From: an uncultured Bacteroidota bacterium
GTDB taxonomy: Bacteria > Bacteroidota > Ignavibacteria > UBA10030 > UBA8401
Length of the DNA: 64,000 bases
Assembly: GCA_963717445.1 (NCBI GenBank)
Contig: OY970334.1
Span: forward strand, 965,798-1,029,797
Direction of reading: 5' to 3'
Both the position numbers and the translations under genes were made by a program. The notes below the pieces were generated by a model. The model was not told the DNA's origin. It saw nothing but the letters and a program-made list of their open reading frames with translations, and ran no database searches. Shown piece after piece: positions 18,342 to 25,945 of this stretch (positions are counted from its first letter, which is position 1; each line of letters begins with the position of its first letter).

Positions 18342-20516
18342 CTACTTCATCAACATCATTTTTTTCACTTCATCTCTGCTCATCGAATGAAGCACATAAA
18401 AATAAGTCCCACTCGGGAGGTTTCTTGCGTCGAAGGTAACGGTGTAGATCTGGTTCGGCTGCGCGACTTGGCTGAACAAGGTTGCGACTTCCTGTCCAAC
18501 AACATTGTATATTTTCAGCGTCGTGCGTTCAGCATTCTTCGCCGCAAAGCTGAATTTCGTGCTCGGATTGAATGGATTAGGATAGTTCTGCGAAAGTGCA
18601 AAATCTTTTGCACTCAATGTCGTGGTTACCTCCACTGCATTGCTGTACGTAAACCTTCCGTCATGATCAATCTGTTTTAGGCGGTACGAATACGTACTTG
18701 CCGCTGAGTTTACATCGGAGAAACTATAACTATGCGCCACATTGGATGTCCCGGCACCATCGACAAATCCTATCTTCGCCCAAGAGCCATTACTATTTTT
18801 CTGGACTTCAAAGCCGCTGTTGTTGATTTCGGAGGCTGTTGTCCATGCCAATTCTACGTTGCGCCCATTTGCCGAACCGGTAAATGAAGTGAGCTCGACG
18901 GGAAGAACATATGTTAGGTTTTCATCTGCACCAATGTACGGATATGTGGCATTCCTTGTATCGCCATCAATATCTGTCGTAATTCCTGAAATTGGCGTGC
19001 CAATGTAGTTTGTATTTACAGCGCTTAAATTTAGATGCAGATCTTCTGAACCAGCCGTTGTACTGAGAAAATCAGTTGGAAATTGATGTGAATTTGGATC
19101 CATACTTGCGACAAAGCCACCTCCCGTGGTAGCACCTTGCAGATTACTCAATGTTTGATAATCTGTTGAGGCAGGACTAAAACTACTACCGGTACCTGCG
19201 GTATAGACCGTCCCACTCGCCGCACAATCAAAATTGTTGTAATTTGAAGCAGTAACGGTTCCATTATTGAAGTACGCGCAATAACTCTTCACGTTAGCGT
19301 TTGAATAGGTATTCTTTAGAATATTATTCTTCATTGTGACTGATGTTGGCGACCCGGTAAAGTAACAACAACCGTTGTTATAATAATAAGTACTAGTTGT
19401 CGTTGTAATGAACACAGAATTGAAATATACATTGTAAACTCCAACCCCATTAACATAGATACCCATAATACGAGTACTAGCAGTATAGCCCGGGGTGAGA
19501 CCACCGCCGTCACCAATTGCGTAAACCATATTGTTATATACCTTCATCACTTCTGAAGCGGTGTTGCACGAAAGGTACATACCCGCAGCATATGTGCTAG
19601 CGACCGTACTATTATTATTTATATCATGGAGTTTGTTATTGTATACATTGATAGTACCATAGCCATATCTTATATATATTGCATAGGCGTTTCTTGCAGT
19701 CGTGCCGCTATAAGTAGCATTTCTGACTTCACAACCAAAAATAGATAGCCCGGTTTGATATTGACCACTTATACCATAGACATCGGCATCAGCTGATCCC
19801 CCCCCGATATTATTCGACAATGCTGAACCTACCACACAATTTTCAACCGTGCAATTAGCGTCAAGAACTGTTGTCGCTTGACCTTTCAAATAAATGCCAT
19901 ACCAGCAATTTGCTACGGTAATGTTATTGTAGGTATTAGTGGAGTTGAGAGCGCTCGCATTGCCATTTGTCTGATTAACACCATAAGTGACGTTGGTATT
20001 GGAACTGCTTAATGTAACAGTGCAATTTTTTATTGTGTTATTTTGCGATCCAGTAGTGGCATTATTTGCAATATAGTACCCATATTCCATCAGTTGGGTC
20101 GCCCCAGAGTTTATTCCATTTTCCTGAAGATCTATCCCATCAAAGGTAATGTAGCTTACGCCGTTGATTTTTATGATATAGTCTGAAGTACCAGTACCTG
20201 TCCCGGCGGTTATGAGCGGGTTTGCCCCTGATCCTGTTTTCTTAAAAAGTATAGGATTCCCCGATGTTCCCGTTGCCGTAATATTTCCAGCAGTTGGTGA
20301 TCCAAAAGTTTCTGTCCAATTATCAGGGACATCAAATTCGACCCCACCACTTCCAACGCCAGAAGTATTTAATGCGGTGATTGCCGCAGCAATGCTTGTG
20401 TAATCACCACCACTACTCGCAATTGTTTTGATCCCAGTTAGTTGTGCGTTGGTGATTGATACTCCTATGCACAGAATCAGAACGATTGCAAAGAGAAAAT
20501 GCAACATTGTTTTCAT
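18342..20516 (-). CDS. Large secreted N/T/S/G/Y-rich beta-helix-like protein with type A T9SS C-terminal domain; unknown function
   Basis: It has a signal peptide. Near the C-terminus there is an LPVELTSFTGSANGRNVELAWTTASEINNSGFEVQ domain and then LSQNYPNPFNPSTKFSF...GTYFYVL...VKKMMLMK. The gene is markedly AT-rich, about 38-40% GC against ~52-58% for its neighbours by my eye estimate. Confidence 0.6.
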   Translation of the reverse strand: MKTMLHFLFAIVLILCIGVSITNAQLTGIKTIASSGGDYTSIAAAITALNTSGVGSGGVEFDVPDNWTETFGSPTAGNITATGTSGNPILFKKTGSGANPLITAGTGTGTSDYIIKINGVSYITFDGIDLQENGINSGATQLMEYGYYIANNATTGSQNNTIKNCTVTLSSSNTNVTYGVNQTNGNASALNSTNTYNNITVANCWYGIYLKGQATTVLDANCTVENCVVGSALSNNIGGGSADADVYGISGQYQTGLSIFGCEVRNATYSGTTARNAYAIYIRYGYGTINVYNNKLHDINNNSTVASTYAAGMYLSCNTASEVMKVYNNMVYAIGDGGGLTPGYTASTRIMGIYVNGVGVYNVYFNSVFITTTTSTYYYNNGCCYFTGSPTSVTMKNNILKNTYSNANVKSYCAYFNNGTVTASNYNNFDCAASGTVYTAGTGSSFSPASTDYQTLSNLQGATTGGGFVASMDPNSHQFPTDFLSTTAGSEDLHLNLSAVNTNYIGTPISGITTDIDGDTRNATYPYIGADENLTYVLPVELTSFTGSANGRNVELAWTTASEINNSGFEVQKNSNGSWAKIGFVDGAGTSNVAHSYSFSDVNSAASTYSYRLKQIDHDGRFTYSNAVEVTTTLSAKDFALSQNYPNPFNPSTKFSFAAKNAERTTLKIYNVVGQEVATLFSQVAQPNQIYTVTFDARNLPSGTYFYVLHSMSRDEVKKMMLMK

Positions 20517-20622
20517 AACAATCCTCCTTCGACTAAGTAAAAATATTGTTGATTAGCAAAACACTTTCGTAATTCCACACACTTCTTTTGCGATAACCTA
20601 AGATGCTCCAACTTCCTTTCCA

Positions 20623-20649
20623 TAATCGTTTACTTTACCGGTAACTTAA
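20623..20649 (-). promoter_or_regulatory. Conserved upstream motif, copy 2 (TAATCGTTTACTTTACCGGTAACTTAA), ~110 bp upstream of the low-GC T9SS protein gene
   Basis: A 22/23-nt match to copy 1. It sits between a terminator-like palindrome (20673-20693) and the start codon at 20516. Confidence 0.45.
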
Positions 20650-20670
20650 AATAGACAAACAAATATCACA

Positions 20671-20693
20671 CCGGTTCGACAATTGTCGAAACC
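20671..20693 (-). terminator. Near-perfect palindrome GGTTCGACAA|TTGTCGAA(A)CC immediately after the stop of the 1277-aa gene, followed on the transcribed strand by a T-rich tract
   Basis: Read directly. On the minus strand the hairpin is followed by ...TATTTGTTTGTCTATTTT. Confidence 0.45.
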
Positions 20694-23600
20694 TACTTAA
20701 GCAACATCATCTTCTTTACTGCAACAAAATCTCCAGCATGGATCCGGTAAAAATAGACCCCCGATGCTCGACCGTCCTGGGTGGAAAAGGTCACGGTGTA
20801 GCTCCCCGGCTGCTGCATCTTGTTGACAAGCGTCGCCACTTCCCGCCCCAGCACATCGTAGACAATAAGTGAAACCCTGCTCGCCTTCGGCAACTGATAA
20901 AATATCTTTGTCGAAGGGTTGAAGGGGTTGGGATAATTCTGCGCCAGGCTGTATTCTTTTGGAATGTTGGAAAGCTCGTCCTCGACCGACGTGATCGCGC
21001 CCAATTTCCCTATCGCGAAATAACCGAAGCTTGTTATGCCTGCACGAGAGAGTGTGTACGGTTGAGTAGTGAATTGATAGGAATAGATTCCCGTTCCAAC
21101 CTCAGCGGTATCCGGAAGGTGCACAATCAGATCATTTGTTGTCCGACTCGCTGCGAACGTCGTGTCCTCTTGCGACGCCATCCAGCCGAATTGAAGTGTC
21201 GCATTGCTGCCGCCCGGAGTCTTTTCGGTGATGTCCCATTTCAGCTTCACACGACCGTTGCCGCTCCTCGTCCCTCCGACAGAATCTGGAACAACGGACA
21301 CAGAAAAGGTGTCGACGGTCCCAGCATTCGTGATCCAGACGGGAGAATACGCAGCCGCAGTCCCGACGGGGAAAAGTGTTTGGGCCGCGCCGACTCCATA
21401 CCGTGTTACGCTTCCACCGCTGTCTGTCGCAATATACCGGAATGTCGATGCGCCGTTGATCGCGACTGCTGCCAGATTCTTCGATCCGACAAAAAATTTT
21501 CCTACGGTCAGCGCAAGAGTTCCGTTGACTGTCGTTTTTGAAGAAAGTCTCACCCCAAGTGTGTCGCTGATCGTGAGATTATTTACGGTATCCGGAAGAA
21601 GTACGCCGGTTTTTTGAGGAGCAAGGCCGTCGAAAGTATAGTTCGCGCTCTTGCTCAGCGTCTTCACACCCATGGTGGCCAGAGAACTGTCCAACCCGTT
21701 CACATGGCCCGATTCCAGCGTTGCCCCGGGCGAGAGCGTGAACGTTCCGGTTCCACCCAGCACGCTCGTGCCCATGGTGAGAGTTGTGCCGCCGCTGACT
21801 TCAAGCGGAAGTCCCCCTCCGCCGTATGTCACGTTCGAGAGCGTCAACGTCTGACTGCCGGCTTTTGCGAAGACAAGCTTCGCAAATCCGCCACGCGTGG
21901 TCAGCGTCGAATTGGCTGTCGTCGCATTAGAGAGAGAAAGATTCCCTGCGTATAAACACCAGACAGTGTTCCCGGATCCAGCCTGGTTCCCCTCGCTGAT
22001 TGAGAAATTGCCGCCGGTAACTGAAACGTTTCCGAAATGATACACGCTGTCGCTCGTAGCAAGGCTAGTTCCCTGCACTCCAAAATTACCCCCTTGCACA
22101 ATGACGTCGCCGTTAATCGTCAGCGCACTGTTAGAATTGCCGAAAAGGTACACTTGCCCGGTATTGGTATTAACCACTTTGAAATACCCGCCAAGAGTGT
22201 CTCCTCCAAAACCGAGAATCGTGTTCGCAGTTTGGTTGGGGCAATTCCATTCGACATTGTAGAAATTCTGATTTGTCCCGCCGGCGAACGAGGTCGCACC
22301 CCTGATCCCGCTGATACGTAGAAGCGATCCGTTGCTCCATGTTGCTGTCGGGATCGTGCCGCCGTTCTGAGCATGTTCATACATCCCACCGTTACCGACA
22401 ACAAGCGTAGCTCCGGTAGCGAGCGTTAGAGTTCCGGCGTTCACGAGAGAGCCGAGGACTGTAAGGTCCGTCCCCGTCCCGTCCGCGACAACGAGCGTTT
22501 TCGCCGAATCGATTTTCAGCGTTCCGCCCGTGTTCACCGTAATTTGATCCGCATACTCGCTGTCGGAGACGTCAACGGTGTGGCCGGTTTGAATAGAAAT
22601 GATACTATCGCTCGCACTCGGGGCGACCGGTGCCGGGTAAACCCAAATTGTTCCGTTGTTCCGCTCCCATGTGTTTACATCCGACCAAAGGCCCGACTGA
22701 TGCGAACGATAGTCTCCGTCTCCCGCAACGAACCCGGTAAAATTACCGACGGCAAAAGCACCGAATGCCGTGATGCCGCCGCGCGCAACGGTGTACGGCG
22801 CCGTGGCGAGCTGCGAGGTATAACTTCCTGTGCCGACTTGTGTCGTATCCGACAAGCGAAAGATTTTCGCATTCCCGGCGCGGTCCACAGAGAAGATCGG
22901 ATCTTCCAGAGAGGAAACCCAACCGAACTTTAGCGCGGCATTACTCCCGCCTTGAGTATTTTCAGCGATGTTCCATTCCACTTTTACTCTCCCCCCTCCA
23001 TTTTTTGTTCCCCCCAGAGTATCCAAAACTACACCAGCGGTGATTGTGTCGACCGTGCCTGTGTTTGTGATCCAGAACGGTGCGTACCCTCCCGATATGC
23101 CGACGGGGAAACCTATCTGCGAGGATCCAACACTGTTCACCCTGAGCGTACCGCCGCTGTCCGTCGCGACGTAACTGTTCGTAGATCCCCCCGCCGTAGA
23201 ATTTGCAATGATATTCTTTGTGCCGATTTCCAAAATGCCGTTGGTGAGCGTAAGTGTGCCGTTGATGGTATCGGACTTCGGGAGTGTGACACCTGCGGGA
23301 TTATTGATCGTGAGATTCTTGACAGTCGTCGGCATTAACGAGCCCATCACCTGCGCAGCCATCCCGTTGAATGTGTAGCTTGCTGCACTGCTAAGCGTCT
23401 TAACACCCGTATTTGAAAGCGTGCTGTCCAACCCTCCGGTGTGTCCAGATTCGAGCGTCGCCCCTGTGTCGAGAACAAAAGTCCCGGAGCCACCAAGAAC
23501 ACTTGTCCCCATAGTTAGCGTTGAAACCTTGCTGACTTCTACCGGGCAGCCGCCTGCAAACGCTACTCCAGAGAGGGTCATCGTCTGTTTGCCCGCCTTC

Positions 23601-24526
23601 GCGAAAACAAATTTCGCACCGGCTGCATTTGAGTTCTGAGTCGTTGCGTTTGACATCGAGAAATTGCCGTAGAGGTTCCAAACAGCCGTCCCGGTTCCTC
23701 CTTGGCTCCCGCGCGAGACTGAGAAGTTCGTGTAAGAGTTGTTTGCCGGATTTCCAGTGACAGTAATGTTGCCCGCCACATTGATGATAATAGTAGTTCC
23801 TGCATTGCTTGTACCGTTCGATGTAACGCCGACAAGCGCCGATGAGGTTGAGGCGCTACCATCGACGGTCAGATTGCCGCCGATGTTCACCGTATCCGAT
23901 ACGCCGGAGGCGTTGGGCGCGCACAATTGCCACCTCCCTGACCCAGTGTTCTGCACCGTGATGTTGCCGGCAATATTCAAAGTGCCCCCCGCTGTGTTCC
24001 ATCCGAGGTTCAAGTTACCAGACCATGAGGGGCAATTGACCGTCAAGTTGTAAAACGCCTGAGTCGCATTAAGTCCAGTTGTCGAACTCGTGATGCCGGT
24101 GATCAAACACGTTGAGCCCGTTTTCCACGTTGCCGTAGGAATACCTTGTCCGGAGTTTGACGGATGTGCAAACTCGTACGTTGCCCCGCTATCTACCGTT
24201 ATCGAGCCAGAGACCACGTTGATGTACGCCTGATCTTTTACGTATCCATTGACAACGATTGCCGATTTTCTGAGAGTGTCAGGATTTCCGGCAGTCAACG
24301 TCACTATGTGCCCGTCCTGGATTGTAATCGTGCCTGCATTACTATCCGGAGGAGCAACAGCCGCATTCCAGGCAGAACCATCAAAGGTCTGCCACGTCGC
24401 CGCGACATTCCAATTACCCGATCCCGAAGATCGAAAGTCTCCCGCGACTTGACCTAAAGCCGGCATCGCTGCACAAAGAATGACAACGAATGTCAATCCT
24501 GCCAGAAAAGTAAAATTCGTTTTCAT
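20693..24526 (-). CDS. 1277-aa secreted protein built from an internally duplicated ~550-600 aa module, with type A T9SS C-terminal domain; unknown function
   Basis: Module 1 starts GDFRSSGSGNWNVAATWQTFDGSAWNAA and module 2 starts GDGDYRSHQSGLWSDVNTWERNNGTIW. The two modules are collinear, for example KFVFAKAGKQTMTLSGV against KLVFAKAGSQTLTLSNV. The C-terminus reads LAQNYPNPFNPSTKIFY...GVYFYRI...VKKMMLLK. Confidence 0.65.
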   Translation of the reverse strand: MKTNFTFLAGLTFVVILCAAMPALGQVAGDFRSSGSGNWNVAATWQTFDGSAWNAAVAPPDSNAGTITIQDGHIVTLTAGNPDTLRKSAIVVNGYVKDQAYINVVSGSITVDSGATYEFAHPSNSGQGIPTATWKTGSTCLITGITSSTTGLNATQAFYNLTVNCPSWSGNLNLGWNTAGGTLNIAGNITVQNTGSGRWQLCAPNASGVSDTVNIGGNLTVDGSASTSSALVGVTSNGTSNAGTTIIINVAGNITVTGNPANNSYTNFSVSRGSQGGTGTAVWNLYGNFSMSNATTQNSNAAGAKFVFAKAGKQTMTLSGVAFAGGCPVEVSKVSTLTMGTSVLGGSGTFVLDTGATLESGHTGGLDSTLSNTGVKTLSSAASYTFNGMAAQVMGSLMPTTVKNLTINNPAGVTLPKSDTINGTLTLTNGILEIGTKNIIANSTAGGSTNSYVATDSGGTLRVNSVGSSQIGFPVGISGGYAPFWITNTGTVDTITAGVVLDTLGGTKNGGGRVKVEWNIAENTQGGSNAALKFGWVSSLEDPIFSVDRAGNAKIFRLSDTTQVGTGSYTSQLATAPYTVARGGITAFGAFAVGNFTGFVAGDGDYRSHQSGLWSDVNTWERNNGTIWVYPAPVAPSASDSIISIQTGHTVDVSDSEYADQITVNTGGTLKIDSAKTLVVADGTGTDLTVLGSLVNAGTLTLATGATLVVGNGGMYEHAQNGGTIPTATWSNGSLLRISGIRGATSFAGGTNQNFYNVEWNCPNQTANTILGFGGDTLGGYFKVVNTNTGQVYLFGNSNSALTINGDVIVQGGNFGVQGTSLATSDSVYHFGNVSVTGGNFSISEGNQAGSGNTVWCLYAGNLSLSNATTANSTLTTRGGFAKLVFAKAGSQTLTLSNVTYGGGGLPLEVSGGTTLTMGTSVLGGTGTFTLSPGATLESGHVNGLDSSLATMGVKTLSKSANYTFDGLAPQKTGVLLPDTVNNLTISDTLGVRLSSKTTVNGTLALTVGKFFVGSKNLAAVAINGASTFRYIATDSGGSVTRYGVGAAQTLFPVGTAAAYSPVWITNAGTVDTFSVSVVPDSVGGTRSGNGRVKLKWDITEKTPGGSNATLQFGWMASQEDTTFAASRTTNDLIVHLPDTAEVGTGIYSYQFTTQPYTLSRAGITSFGYFAIGKLGAITSVEDELSNIPKEYSLAQNYPNPFNPSTKIFYQLPKASRVSLIVYDVLGREVATLVNKMQQPGSYTVTFSTQDGRASGVYFYRIHAGDFVAVKKMMLLK

Positions 24527-24582
24527 GTCGATGCTCCTTCTTGTCTGGTGTGTGTTTTTTTGCGTTTTAAGTTCTAAGTTAT

Positions 24583-24645
24583 ACGTTTTACGTTTTACGC
24601 TTTACGTCTTACGTCTTACGTATAACATATAACGTACAACGTAAA
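24583..24645. repeat. In-phase heptanucleotide tandem array (ACGTNNN)x9
   Basis: Read directly: ACGTTTT ACGTTTT ACGCTTT ACGTCTT ACGTCTT ACGTATA ACATATA ACGTACA ACGTAAA. It ends 1 nt before the stop codon of the CE8 gene and lies upstream of the 1277-aa gene, whose start is at 24526. Confidence 0.85.
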
Positions 24646-24646
24646 A

Positions 24647-25933
24647 CTATCCAGTAGTAAAATGCCACGTCGGGCCTCGAAGCGTATCGGCCCCGTCAAT
24701 CTCGTCGATCCGCCAATAATATGTCGTATGTGCGCTAAGCCCCACAGCTTCGAATGAAGCAAGCTTCTGATTTTTCATGAACAACGGAGCTGCTTCCTTC
24801 CCGAAATAAACGTCGTGCGATTCTGCGTTCCGCGCCGGAATCCATCGCAGACTGACTTCCGTCCCTTCCACATCATAAGCTGCATCACGTGGAAATGGGA
24901 AAGCGACATTGGCAAGAACTGAGGGCATTTCTGCTTCAGGATTCCATCTGCTTCCGAACGTCCATTCTGCAGTTACTTGCGCAGGAGTCGGAGAACCCTC
25001 CGCAGTTGAAAGGTTGTCCTTGAACCAGGCAAAATCTCCCCCCTCGCGATGACAGTTGTAAAAGTAATGACGGGATCCCCAAACCCAAGGCACCAGGTTC
25101 GGAGAATTGAGCGGCGCATAGATCGGCTCGTCTGCCATGTTCCTTGAAAAAATGCAGTCAAGCAAATAGAATTGCGCGTCGCGGTGATGGCGACCCAACG
25201 GAAATCCGGGAACGCCGTCAAATTGAGAATACCTGATAACAAACTTCTGGTCCTTGTTTGAACTCCCGTCGTGCCAGATGCTCGCACTTAGGTTGTGGCC
25301 GTAAAACCGGCTATCGGTGATGTAACACCATCCACGAGGGCAGACAAAATCGACCCATCCCTCGAAGTAACAGTTTGCATGGTAGTACATACCTTCCGCG
25401 CGGTTCCACAAACTCATCGTGTCGCCGCCGTCGGCGATCACGTTGCAGTTCAGAAAAATTATGCGTGTCGCATTGAAGCCGCGAACTGCAAATTGGTGCT
25501 CGTGGTTACCGTAGAGACTTCCGTAATTGTTGTACACGGTAAGATTCGCCATGGTGATGTCCGTTACCCCATTTCCGATATTGACAACCGCCGAACCCCA
25601 ATCGGCACTGTCGAAACTTCCCTCACGATGGTTGTTGGGAATTTTCGTCCAATTCGCACGTAACTCCGCGTACACAATGCGGGTGCTGTCCCTCTCTTCG
25701 CCGACAAGGGCAATATTGCTTTTTGTTATAAAGAGCTTCTCCTTATAAATGCCTTTCTTAATGAGGATGATGATCAGCTGCTCGGCGTTTTGGGGGACCG
25801 AATTCAGCGCTTCCTGAATGGAGTGAAACTGACCTGTTCCGTCCTGCGCGACAACGATATCCGCACGTTCGGTGGCCGTTACATAAACGCGACCGGCAAA
25901 GAAAAAGAACACCGCTAGAAAAACTCGTTTCAT
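24647..25933 (-). CDS. Pectinesterase (carbohydrate esterase family 8)
   Basis: Signal peptide MKRVFLAVFFFFAG (ATG verified 25931-25933). Contains IVVAQDGTGQFHSIQEAL, the classic pectin methylesterase N-terminal block, then beta-helix repeats. Confidence 0.75.
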   Translation of the reverse strand: MKRVFLAVFFFFAGRVYVTATERADIVVAQDGTGQFHSIQEALNSVPQNAEQLIIILIKKGIYKEKLFITKSNIALVGEERDSTRIVYAELRANWTKIPNNHREGSFDSADWGSAVVNIGNGVTDITMANLTVYNNYGSLYGNHEHQFAVRGFNATRIIFLNCNVIADGGDTMSLWNRAEGMYYHANCYFEGWVDFVCPRGWCYITDSRFYGHNLSASIWHDGSSNKDQKFVIRYSQFDGVPGFPLGRHHRDAQFYLLDCIFSRNMADEPIYAPLNSPNLVPWVWGSRHYFYNCHREGGDFAWFKDNLSTAEGSPTPAQVTAEWTFGSRWNPEAEMPSVLANVAFPFPRDAAYDVEGTEVSLRWIPARNAESHDVYFGKEAAPLFMKNQKLASFEAVGLSAHTTYYWRIDEIDGADTLRGPTWHFTTG

Positions 25934-25945
25934 GTTCGCCGTCAT

